From Phoronis australis (Eukaryota; Animalia; Phoronida): a DNA stretch of 64,000 nt. The translations under genes were made by a program, and so were the position numbers. Shown piece by piece: positions 51,401 to 62,674 of this stretch. The stretch covers positions 1,274,982-1,338,981 of the forward strand of contig NMRA01000010.1 in the NCBI GenBank assembly GCA_002633005.1, in the 5' to 3' direction. The stretch's first letter is position 1; each line of letters begins with the position of its first letter. The notes beneath the pieces are model-generated. The model was given only the letters and a program-made list of their open reading frames with translations, had not been told where the DNA came from and did not search any database.

Positions 51401-54400
51401 TTACTTGAAATAACTTGAATGATGGAAGAGGTTCACTGTCGCCAATATCGAGGAAAGCAATATACGATTTTTCAAAGTGTAAAGCCTCCACCCCTTCTCG
51501 AACACTTTTCACCTTTTACAGATTATCCTATTAACGTACATGTAATCATGAATGTCTTGTATTGAAGGCGACTCTCGTATAAGCGAGATGGTTGGCCTTA
51601 CTTCGATGCATACGCTGTGGGTGCGAGAACACAACCGAATAGCGAAAGAACTCAAGAAATGGCATCTAGGGTGGAACGACGAAAAGCTCTACCAAGAAAC
51701 ACGGCGTATCGTCGGTGCGTTCATGCAGAAAATAACTTATGCTGATTTTCTACCGGTACTACTGGGGCACGAGGCAATGTGGGAACATGGCATCAAAGTT
51801 GAAAACAAGTTGAGACACTTCTACGGATATAACGACAGGTAAACACTTCCTATTGTCAGAAACGTTTATTTCCTTTAAGTCCTTCTTCCGTCACAAAATT
51901 CAACTTTGGTCTCCATTTGGAGGCGGTTCCAAGTCTTCCAAAGAACTAACAGTTCGTTATTCACGCTCTGCACGTTAGCCTGTCACTGTGCATAGGCCGA
52001 GCATGGTGTAGTCAAGAAACAACCAACTGTCAGTTCTTTGCAAGCCCACAAACCACTTCCATTTAAGTAAGGAACAAGTTTACTACAAATTTATTCGGTA
52101 AATGTTCTAAAACGAAAGTACGCTTCTTAGACGGAACATTGGTTTCTACTATCCATTTTATCTATAATTCAGAACCATGCAGTGCAAATCATCAAAATGA
52201 AAAGGAAATTGTAAACTGCTCTCATAACTAAACAACACAGGGCGCTTGCATAATTATTGATTGAAAATCACAAGAATCCTAGGGTGAGTGCACTTGCCCA
52301 CAGCACACAATTGCATCTTGTCGTAGGCGAGTGAACTCACAAGAGCATGATAACAGTCAACTTCTGTATACGTTTATGCTGCTTGCCGCAGAAGATCCAC
52401 ATTATCGGTCACTTAACAAAACACGTTCCGACAGTTGTGCGCGTGCACCACTAAATAGGATACTTTCAGAAAGCAATGGGGTCTGGTCACGTGGGGCCTG
52501 TGACTGTTATTTCCTCCTGGCTGTACCAGTTGGTACGTTGACTTCGCAGCCAGTGGTATAGAGGTACGCGTTTTTTCTCAGTGGATGTGATTGGACGTGA
52601 TTCGTTTCAAAAAAGTGAAATTGCCTCCTCGTCCTGTTTGCAACCGTAGACCGATTGTTATGAGCTAAGTAACTTTCCCCAATTGAGTCACAGCTTAGTT
52701 TGGCAGCAAGGTCACATCAAGGCGAGAACAAATACATGAAGTTGCCGCTAATTTTCGTCTTTTCACAACTGCATGCTCAAGTATGACTCACTTCGGGCAG
52801 ACAGCTCAGTCCGCGACTGCGCCACGCTGCTATTTGAAAGTTTCAGAGAGCTAAATCGTTGTATACCCAAAACTTTGTACTACAAGTCAATGTATGCAGA
52901 TTGATACTTGTCATGTTCTCGTATATTTAAGAGTCGACGCTACCATCAAAAATGCTTTCGCGACCGCAGCCTTTCGGGTAGGACATACATTTATCAACAA
53001 GTTTTTCAAGAGGACCAGTAGGTCATGGAGCACTAGAGGTACGTGTAACCGTTTTTAACGAATCAAAACGCTGATTGACGTTATGAATCGAGCAACTGTA
53101 AATGGACACTTTGTGAAGAGGTTTGTTTACTTAGGCGTTACTGATATTTCCACACGACATCGGGAGAGGAAACCAAGTCCCGAGAGGAATTATTCTTATT
53201 CGTTGGCAATCTGATTGGTTTGAGTCGAGATCAGAAAGAACAATTATTTTTGAGGTCATGGCCATTAATACAAAACATTTCGTCAGCATGCTTCATACAA
53301 GTTTGCCATAAAACATTCATGTATTATAAATTCGATTGGTAGTTTTGTTCATTAAGTTAAATTTCCATGAATAAATGAAATAGGTGTTTGAATGCTGTGC
53401 ATTTACCGACGGTTTAGAAGAATAAAATGTTATAAAGTAAAAAGACAAACATTGGTATTGAAATCTAATAAAATTTCCATTTAGGTTTTCCGTCTTTACG
53501 CACCGGTGACCATTTTTTCAATCCCCGGGCCTTCTACGACGAAGCTCGGCAGGGGGCTGATTCGATTTTGAGAGGTCTAGCCGTCGCACGCAGTCAGAAT
53601 TTTGACCGTCATATCACTACTGAGGTATGCCTAGACTGGTTCGATATGCTGGGGCCCACTACTGCAGTGTAAGATTCTCGCGAGTAAAAGCTTGCAAGGA
53701 CACGTGTTTCTCTTATAATGTAGGACAATATCTCAAAAAAGCTTACGTTTCTCTCGCCAAACTCACAAATGTGACTTACTGAACACCGCCGTTTCAGTGC
53801 CATCGACTTGTGTCCCAGCGTCGCACGCTAATCGACTTTCTGAAACGCCAATGGAGTGCATTGTTACCCAAAACGTACAGTATCTTTGTAGTTTAAGCTA
53901 TTGCGATGTTATAACAGAGGGCAATCTGCTCTACGGTGGGAAAGTTGTCAGAAGTGGGTCAATTTTCTCCCAACGGAGTCCACGCTACTGCATATCGTAG
54001 CGGTAAGTCGTTTCAGGAGTAACTTTTTCTAGGTTTAATCGTAATGTGGACGGTACTATAGCCAAATAAGTGTGTGGCCGGCATGCATGTATAATGCAAT
54101 GTGTGTTTTCATGATAGAAGCTGCAATTTCTTAGAAGAATATCAAAACATAAATGTCTTGCCTGTATTTTCAGGTAACCGAAAGATTGTTCGAGACAAAT
54201 ATGGGCGGCAAGGTAGTCTCAATGGACCTTGCCGCTCTGAACATCCAGCGGGGACGAGATCATGGTCTCCCGGGATATATGGAGTTCAGGAAGTGGTGTG
54301 GACTGAGAACGACAACACGTTTCAACTTCTTACCAGATCACGATTGGAAAAGCAAGGCGGCCTTGAAAAGGGTGTACGAGTAAGCAGTGTGACACGTTTC

Positions 54401-57400
54401 CAATCCCGTTTCATATAGAAAATGACCTAGGTATTTCCACCCAAGGAAGAACCCAGTACAAAGGGTGTTTGCAGCCACCTGAAATTTGGCTACTCAAATA
54501 GGTTTTAATAAAATCCCTTAGTGAGCATACCACCGACCCCAGTACCCCACCTATTCCAAATACATCCCTTCCAAACATAAACTGTTTAAAGTAATCTTTC
54601 CCAAGATTGAATCCTAAGAAAGAGATTTTTTCACAATATTAAACCTTGTCCGGTGTTTGCCTCCGGAAACTGACGTTGATTATCCGACCAGTTTTTGATA
54701 CCTTGTTTCGTCCACTACTTCGAAGTTTTGCTATTTCTCACTGTTTTCACTCCAGATTTCGCAGTACCAAGTACGAGTTCCTTCCATTACAAAAGAATGG
54801 TTTTGGCAATAGGCCTACAACTTCTGATTCTTACCCCTCCTTATAACGGCGATAAACCAGACGTGCGTCAAAAAACTTTCTATTAAAACTACTTGTGATT
54901 ATGATGGTATCACATCGTTCGTTAATTAAAATATTTGCAGTTTGAAAAGAACCAACAGTTTGTTATGCGTAAAAACTTTAAACGCCGCTGGTCTTTTTGT
55001 TCTCGAAGCCTGATCTCGAGCAATACAGAACGAAGACAAAAACCTTTTCTCAAATGATTAAGGCACACTGAGACCAATTTTAAAGCGCTAAGTCGCCAAA
55101 CCAGAATATATTTCGTCATCGGAACGCAGGTAACGTGTAGGTACTTTAGTTTCTGGTGGTGTGTTCCATACCGGGATGTGCAGTGATACGCCGTAAAATG
55201 TAACAATTTCTTAAAATGTACCAACTGTTACATTTTACGTCATTGTTACATTTTACGTTTCTATGCCTCTCCTTACGTTGTTGTTACATTTTATGTCGAA
55301 TGCACATGCGATAATTGTACCAGTGTTACATTTTACGAAACCAACGTCAAATTTCAAAAAAATGACCAAAATCACGAACAAGTAATATCTGACACGGCCG
55401 GGGGTACTCGAGAGTATTTCTTGACGAGGAGTGCTGTCTGAAAAGTTTGAATACCTATCGGTTAAAGAGTGGGCTTGGATAAAAAATAGACCCATTTAGA
55501 GATTAATTTTTGCGTAAAAATTCACATTTTCGCACATTACTGTTCAAGAAGTTCAGAAAGGGCACCCTTTTGATAATTTTTGTTATAAACGGCACGATCT
55601 TGGAGAGTATTTTTTGCTGTGAAAAAACATCCTTTTGGGCGGCACTTTTCGTATACCTCTTCTACAAGAATGCCCTCCAGACTGACACGGCATAAGTTTG
55701 GCTACCCATTATAACTTTTATTACTATTACATTGGTATTACTCGTTATTGTTATCGCTATCATTATTATTACCATTATTGATATTTTTGAATTTATTTAA
55801 CAATGACACAGTGCAATATAAATAATACATGTTTTAGCAAAGTGCCAATACATCATGGTCCTCAAACATTTTAAAATCATCTCATTTATGGTTCAATGTT
55901 TTCACCGGGCTCCCCATAATGGACAGCGAGTGCTTTACTTCTTAGAAACGAGGAGACTGAAATAAGAAATCTTGTTTAGACGTGCGCTATTTCAAAAATG
56001 ATTATTTCTGGTCTATCGACGAGTATGGTATTGTTTGTAAATTTATAACTATACCCTTCTGTAGTTTGCCACGAAGAACTGAATTCAGATTGTACTCTTT
56101 TTATTGAGATTTGCATCTAAACGTGAGGATACCCACCGTGTAATTATTTTGTCTCTTGTTGAAAACATTTTTTTTTCAAAGAACCGGGGCTGGCTCCACG
56201 CTGTAAGTTCAAAAATTGCTTTATGTTGAATTTTGAATGTAGACATTTTTCAAGAACTAGCGACTAGTCGGCTATGGCTGTGGTCACTGGATCATTAGAA
56301 TAGCTGGTAACGGATACGAAACACGCACAATGTTATGTGGAACGAGTCCCAGTATTCAGTGATTAAACTGAGTGATTTGAACTAGGTTTCATTGACAGTG
56401 GGTTGTATGGGACAAAAACGGCCAACGTCGAAAATCAGCTATGTTTAATATGCACTTTTTATGCGATGTAGCAAAAACGTTTAATATACCAAAGATCCTT
56501 ACCTGTCTACAACGAAGCGTGTTGCTTACAGCGAGCTGCAACACAAAAATGGCGCCTCCTGAGACACGTGGCTTCACGTCCATTAATACTAGAATGTTCA
56601 GTCTCTATCTTTATTTATATGTGCTTCGGACATAGGAACCTGGTTCCTAGTTCGGAGTAACGATCATTGACCAAATAATTACTTTCATCGATTCTTTATC
56701 TTAAAAGATAGTAGAAACAGAAAGTGTTACGTTTTTGAAGTCCGAAAGACCCCCAGTCAGCTTTTTTCGGACTGTTGCCTCTTTAAACTATCGACCTAGA
56801 CGCGGTATGAGCAAAATGACCGTATTCTTTCAAAGTGGCAAAATATTTTTTATTTCTCCACCTAGGCCTCCCATTTTACGTATACACGTCACGGTTTGAT
56901 CCGTTGTTACCACCACTACATCAGACAGGTTTGACATTATAGGAACAATGATATTTCTTTCAGCTTTTAGCTCTTCAAAACACGTTCCACCACAACATCT
57001 TTCAGAAATTGTCATTCGTAACTAAGGTGGAAACACAACCCGTCGGCATCAGAAACTTTGGTCTTGTCCCTTTCGTGTGGAGCATTAGCCAGGACTCCAA
57101 GGCAATAAAACACTGGCTGAAATAAACCAAGCTATCGTGTATTAAAAAGTGTGTTTTTTCTATTAAATTGGCTTCAGAAATTGAACACGCTGTCATTGTT
57201 TCTGTTGTGCTTACGGGGTACCAAGTGAAGTGTGGTTATTGAAATGACCGCCCAAAAAACGCTTTAACAATAAAAACGCTTTACCTGATCCTGGAAACTC
57301 CTTTCGTCTGGAATTGAAACTGTACGGAGTACATTTTTGACTGTACCAACAAAGTACCCAGGTTAAAAACAATGGAAAGCACATACGGAGACATCTATAA

Positions 57401-58479
57401 ATTCTAGCTGGCACATTTCAAACAACCCGAGAACGCGTTAAATGTATGAAACGTTTCCCCCCGTATGACAAATACCATGCAAACTCATGGAATATGACGT
57501 TGGTTTCGTGAAATGTAACAACGATACATTTCTCGCATGTGCATTCGACGTAACTTGTAACAATCACCTAAAATGTAACAACTTGTTTCATTTTAGGAGA
57601 GGCCTAGCAACGTAAAATGTAACAATGTCGTAAAATGTAACAGTTGTCACTTTTTACGGCGTATCAGTGCAATCTCGTTCACTTTAATATTCCTTAGGAG
57701 TGTGGAAGATATTGATTTGTTCGTCGGGGGAATCTCCGAAAATCAAGTTCCTGGATCACTGGTTGGCCCAACCTTTAAATGTCTTATAGCAGAGCAGTTC
57801 AGAATGCTTAAGGTTGGAGATCGGTTTTACTTCGAAAATCAACCAAGTGGGACCACCCAAGGCTTTAGTTTCCGTGAGTGTGCTTTTATGGTTTTTCTTG
57901 TGAGCAATCGAGTATGTACATGTATGTCTTCACATTTCACTTACAATGCTTTTTATTTATTTTGTAAACGTCCTCGTGTAGCTAGAGCCGTTCAAACTGT
58001 CTTCTAATTCTCCCGGAAAGTTAGCAGTGCACCTAAACCTTTGATGGGACACGATGCTGTTCCTAAATTGCACAAATAGCTAGGTCAAAGTTCACTGAAA
58101 GGACCTGTAGCATGTATGTGATGCCTGAGGGTCACCCTACACAGATTCATATATAGATAGATATACACCACGTCAAATTCGTTTGAAAGACAAAATTTGT
58201 AAGATAGTTTATGTGTTATCGATGAGATCATTCGCAATGCTTTCTTATCATAAGATTTCTCGCCGCGGCACAAAATACTAACCTTGATTGAAATGAGCGT
58301 TCATTCTGCCACTAAATGGTGGTTTCAACGAACATTCGAGTTAGCGTTTTGAATAGCTTTTATTTCTGAACAGGTGAGCTTCGTGAAATCAAGAAAGTGA
58401 CCTTATCTCGCATTTACTGCAACAATGTCGACATAGACACCATCCAGCCTAATGCCTTCCGAGAAGCTCATTTGTCGAG
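39389..58479 (+). CDS. Secreted animal heme peroxidase (peroxidase-cyclooxygenase superfamily; MPO/peroxinectin/chorion-peroxidase-like), 15 exons, ~725 aa, last exon not located
   Basis: The spliced exons sum to 2177 nt with consistent phases and GT-AG introns. Signal peptide, [65 protein letters not shown]. Confidence 0.93.
41200..41586 (+). mobile_element. LINE (L2/CR1-like) 3' end remnant in peroxidase intron 1
   Basis: [11 protein letters not shown]...PLWLPELI resembles an RT C-terminus; (AAAT)n tail. Confidence 0.45.
42427..42590 (+). CDS. Peroxidase exon 2 (signal peptide end and propeptide)
   Basis: ttacag| ... |gtaagt; [38 protein letters not shown]... Confidence 0.72.
43515..44128. 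mobile_element. 614-bp TTAA-flanked non-autonomous element (Kolobok-type)
   Basis: TTAA|AGTGGCAT ... ATGCCTCT|TTAA (7 of 8 inverted match). Confidence 0.5.
45113..45254 (+). CDS. Peroxidase exon 3 (propeptide)
   Basis: ttttcag| ... |gtgagt; [22 protein letters not shown]...; phase 1 to 2 fits its neighbours. Confidence 0.78.
45677..45909 (+). CDS. Peroxidase exon 4
   Basis: [11 protein letters not shown]...[10 protein letters not shown]; cttcag| ... |gtatgt. Confidence 0.93.
46256..46435 (+). CDS. Peroxidase exon 5 (distal Gln/Asp/His)
   Basis: NSARLISR...[12 protein letters not shown]; ttcag| ... |gtaaag. Confidence 0.95.
46970..47545. mobile_element. Intronic foldback/MITE with TTAATCTACGCG repeats
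   Basis: tttacgcgttgaaa ... tttcaacgcgtaaa inverted ends and many internal ttaatct/gattaa motifs. Confidence 0.65.
47629..47740 (+). CDS. Peroxidase exon 6 (CC plus Lys-rich loop)
   Basis: atacag| [38 protein letters not shown] |gtgagt. Supplies the expected CC and the phase 1 to 2 change. Confidence 0.8.
48603..48709 (+). CDS. Peroxidase exon 7
   Basis: [25 protein letters not shown]; acag| ... |gtaag. Confidence 0.94.
49375..49476 (+). CDS. Peroxidase exon 8 (Ca2+-binding motif)
   Basis: [19 protein letters not shown]; cacag| ... |gtaagg. Confidence 0.95.
50648..50755 (+). CDS. Peroxidase exon 9
   Basis: [16 protein letters not shown]...HCFKAG; tacag| ... |gtaaag. Confidence 0.9.
50849..50940. 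repeat. (GACA)n microsatellite
   Basis: gacagacagacagaca tract. Confidence 0.9.
51568..51838 (+). CDS. Peroxidase exon 10 (catalytic Arg, heme-linking Glu, Met)
   Basis: [29 protein letters not shown]...[16 protein letters not shown]. Confidence 0.95.
52932..53038 (+). CDS. Peroxidase exon 11 (proximal His)
   Basis: [19 protein letters not shown]; tttaag| ... |gtacgt. Confidence 0.94.
53485..53624 (+). CDS. Peroxidase exon 12
   Basis: [25 protein letters not shown]...FDRHITTE; tttag| ... |gtatgc. Confidence 0.93.
54174..54379 (+). CDS. Peroxidase exon 13
   Basis: VTERLF...[26 protein letters not shown]; ttcag| ... |gtaagc. Confidence 0.96.
55184..57666. mobile_element. Foldback-type element with ~170-bp TIRs (AAATGTAACA repeats) and nested repeats, in peroxidase intron 13
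   Basis: tgatacgccgtaaaa...gaaaccaacgtca versus tgacgttggtttc...ttttacggcgtatca. Confidence 0.85.
57698..57873 (+). CDS. Peroxidase exon 14
   Basis: [14 protein letters not shown]...[26 protein letters not shown]; ccttag| ... |gtgagt. Confidence 0.96.
58374..58479 (+). CDS. Peroxidase exon 15
   Basis: [28 protein letters not shown]; aacag| ... |gtaag. Confidence 0.94.
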
Positions 58480-58912
58480 GTAAGACCTATTTTTAAAGAA
58501 GCTGCTGATATCCGTCAATACTTGATTCAGATATGTATCTTTAATCTTAATAACGATGAAAGAACGACAACGCGTATTACGAGAGCATTTTTTCAGAGAA
58601 AATTCGACAATAAGACTGAAGTCTGTATATTTTACTTCAAATCAACCTGCCGTTGAGTGGGTCACATGATCATATCTGTTTAGTACAATTTAGAGAAATA
58701 GTTGCGTTCACAAAGCTTTGTAAAAACAGTAGTACAAACAACACGATCAAATTTCGTTTGATGTTATTTCAAAATTGAAATCTCGAAAGTGGTAGTACAT
58801 TTTTCTAAATTTAACATCTTATTGTTTTTTGATGCAAATTCAAAAACTCTTTTTCCATAAAAATCATAAGAGTCCCTTATGCGAAAGAAACAATTCCTAA
58901 TACAGTGCTTAA

Positions 58913-60373
58913 ATGGGAAGACAACCATTTTTCGTGTCAGTTTTAGTAAAAAAGGTTTTTTTGATTATCCCAGACATATGCTTCAGTTAATTACCTCTCT
59001 CTGTAATTTCATTAATTAGTCGTGCACTACTCCGGAAGTGACGTTTAGGGGGTTAAGAATTTCCCGCCATTTCATTTGTAGTGCGTTCGAGTTACCGCGA
59101 TGGATCTGTTCTACAGTTGTTTTTGTACTGGTCTCCTAAAATTGTCGTCACCACTTGTCCACTTCCCATCGACGAGTATTCTATGACAAGCTAGGTTGTA
59201 AGGGAACTCAGTTACGTTGGACTTAATAATCTTTCAGTTTATAGTAGCAGTGGGAGGATATATGATTGAACCCAAGTATAGTGAGGCAGAATACAGACAG
59301 CTGTTGAGAGGGATGAGGCAGAGACTGAGGACAGACGTGGTGGGACGTCTTGGTGCAAATGCGAGGTGTGCCTTGTTATGTAGACCTCAATGGAATGCCT
59401 AGTATGCTGTTCCTGTTGAATGGTGGCTTGAACACCCAAACCGCTTACATCCAGTCGGTGACTCCCTCGCAACACACTTGGCACCCTATAAATAGCTCCA
59501 ATACTTTAGTCACGTCCACAATAAACTGATCAAAGTTTGGCTCACAGGCCTGACCACTGGACGACGAACTGTCCTTCCGACTTGGTGTCGAACTTGGCCT
59601 CCAGGCCTGCTTACAGGCTCTGGGCTGCAAACAACAGCACAGGAGTACATTCGCCGGGAGACCCGGTTGACAGTAGGTGAAGCGCCTCCAGTCACTGTAC
59701 AGGCCATAGCTCGCGAGGCTACCTGCTTCAAAAATGCACTTCTGAGGGTTGGCGACAGGGCACTACCGGGAATCGACAGCGGCATTATGGCACTGTTGTT
59801 CAGGCTTGGTTTTTGAATTCGTGTACATATCTCTTTCGTAATCTAACGACAGAAAATGCTTGCCACACTCTCGGTAATTCTCCACTGCTTTGTACGTTTC
59901 GTGGAAGGTAACGCTGCGTTCTTCACACGAACGGGCCAAGTACGGCGGAGCGTGTCATCTTTCGGAAAGCTTTGTAATGACATATCCAAGGTGCACGAGA
60001 CGTCAATGAGTACACCCCCGGTACGTAGCAATCGCACTCATCACAACCGAGGTAAAACACTGGCTGACTCGACAAGTCAAACAGTCAGGCTATAGAAAAA
60101 CAAATTGGCGGGAAATTCTTAGTCCCCTGAACGTCACTTCCGGAGTAAGGCACAACTAATTAACTTAAGTACGGGAAGCCGTTATTAACTGAACAATATG
60201 TCTGGGATTACCAACGAACCGTGTTTTTATTAAAGCATTGTGTCTGCAGGTTTTATAATAATCCAACCAACCATTTCCGAGATATTACAGAAACGGCCAA
60301 ATTTGGACACATTTCTAGGGTTCTACAGAGCCTAAAGGCGGTGTTTTGCTGGTTCTTTTAGCGAACATTCCCT
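58913..60373. mobile_element. Internally deleted Kolobok element: KolX (+) and THAP-transposase 5' part (-), ~140-bp subterminal inverted repeats
   Basis: TTAA on both sides. THAP pieces CYVPG/SFPKDDTLRRTW/CGKHF; DQFIVDVTKVLELFIGCQVC; KolX GYMIEPKYS and WCKCEVC. Inverted repeats at about 58950-59072 and 60102-60230. The right terminus is tentative. Confidence 0.82.
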
Positions 60374-60479
60374 TTAAACCAGAAAATTACAACAGTACCG
60401 GTATCCACGTTATTTCAGGCGTAGCTTCCATTGTGAGTTAGTGATGCAGTTAATTATGCATTGGTGGCGTTGCCGTAAT

Positions 60480-60920
60480 TAGATTACACACCGTGCTGAA
60501 AACTACTTTCCAATGAAAAATTCAAGGCTTGGGTTTTTATCATAAAATCACTATTATTTGACTAATTTTGAAAATTTAAAGAACCCAGACACTCTGAAGT
60601 TCACTCCTTATTCTGATATTATAGTTTCCGCCAGTTTTTATGTCCTAAAACGAAAATTGAAAATAGAACCTGGATGATTTTAAGCCTTCTATTTAGATAT
60701 GATTTTATAAGAAAAAGTGATTTCCTTCACTATGTGACTTAGTGAACAGGATCTATCGATAACTAAATCTCTATTATGAATGGAATGTGGATAGAACCGG
60801 CCCAGCTGACCACGTAACATTGAACAAATTCAAGATTTCTCCAAATCGATGCTGTTCTAATATAAATAAATGTATACAGCATATTCTAAAAACGGTCCGA
60901 ACAAACACGTACGTGTAAAA
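60480..60920 (-). mobile_element. Degenerate LINE RT C-terminal remnant
   Basis: PFLEYA...LEFVQ-like motif on the - strand across frameshifts. Confidence 0.35.
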
Positions 60921-62399
60921 TTGCCGTGTGAAATTTTCAAAAGGTGGGTCTTTTGTACTTTAATATAAAACGAAGTGTGATTTGTCAGTGAATCTCGAAA
61001 GTTAGATAGTGAATGGCAGCGAAGATAACGCTTGTCTGTGCAAACACTGTATTAATTCACCTGAGCCCAAACAAGATACATATATCGATTTATAAATATC
61101 ATTTTATTGGTAACAGGAAGTGCGCTATGAAACGGCCACTCTTATACCACAAAATACGGTGATAAATCCCTACCGGGTATTCGGTGCTAAAGTTGAAGAT
61201 AATGCTGCCTGTGATTAGAATATTCTGTTAGAACAAAAATGCCGCCACGATTCGCCTTGATTTTGTAGGACTATCTCAGAAACTCAAACGTATGTTCTTT
61301 AGAATTCACATGATTTTAATGAAGAGTTGTCTACGTTCATGAATCGTTGTACATTAATATGTGCTAGTATACTTGTCAGTTCACCCTTTCACCCTTGAAG
61401 TTGTATAGCTCTAAATTCCGTTTACACTACATTTATGCCCGTAAGGTAACACTTCGCCTATAGCTCACTGTTACGCGTGTGACGCAAATTGTTACATTTA
61501 CCAAAAAATCTATGACGCGAGATCCGTCGAGAATTCTGAAGCTTCCGCGGTACAACATAGCACGTAAAGAGCGCCCGATTCAGAACTAAAACACTTGCTA
61601 TTAAAGCCGCTATCAACAATGTTCTTGGCCGGGGTCTAATTGTTTTAATTGAAATCGAAATCATGTTGGCATGGAAACTGTTTGATGCAGCAAATCGCGC
61701 TTTATTCCTTGGACGGTCATACTGTCGTTGCGGCCGAAATTAAACCACTATCACCTCAATAAGCAATTGGCAATAACGGACCTGCCAATTGACTTACAAC
61801 CAGGATTTTGAGTGACGGCTTAACTGACCAATTAGAACGCAGCATTCTTGACACACCGCCATTTTACCTGACAAACAACACTTTGTCAGGTAAAATTTAT
61901 TGTTTGTCTCTCGATTTTTTACAGGGGTGGAGCTTACGATAGGTCAATTCTTCTGACTGAACTAAATAGAAATTTCTTAGCCCACTGATAATCACGATGA
62001 GACCAATTTTATAACTGCGACTTAAATTATTTTTGCCAAAAATCTCCGGTTAATTGCCCTTTTAAATATTGTTCATGAAGGTCCCAAGAGCCACTCACCT
62101 TTCTCCCTGTTGAATTGACTTTTACGTAGTCTTGATTGTTCGTCAGTGTCTTGCGTCTATGGAAAGTATCCTAGATAAGGGACACGGAATGGAGCGCGCC
62201 TGGTTCACTGCAAGCTCTTGCGGGTTTTGCTATTCCCTGAGCAAGAAAACACACACCAATGTTTATTTAGGCGTTAAATGTCAAAACTACGCGACTGCGG
62301 GTACGGGACAAATACAGTACATTGGGTTATTCAGGTTCTTCCATTATTAGAAAGTAAATGTGATCGAATTGGGGCTCCACGTGATCCGGCCCTCCATCT

Positions 62400-62674
62400 C
62401 TACGATCTTTAGGCCTTCTTCTGTTACGCATGTGAATGGGTGACTTCTAATGTAAGGGAACTCGACGGCTTTCTTTTTGTCTTCTAAATGATCTACCATT
62501 TACATTCACAAAGGTGTTTCGTTGTACTGTTTCTTCAATTTCAGGAATCATCGTATTCCGTGCTACAGAATACCTAAACCGAACCTGAAAGTGTTCGACT
62601 CCGATGTATCCAGGCGCTCGCACCTTCATCGTCACGGCGGGTTTCACCGATCTAAATACTATTTTAAGTACCAT
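62400..62674 (-). mobile_element. Degenerate Gypsy integrase Zn-binding region
   Basis: GYIGVEHFQVRFRYSV...MIPEIEETVQ resembles HxGHxG...WPxMxxEIExxV. Confidence 0.35.

Noticed and set aside
60770-60810. NVDRTGP resembling a 2A ribosomal-skip motif (DxExNPGP)
   Set aside because: It lacks the invariant residues and has no open frame around it.
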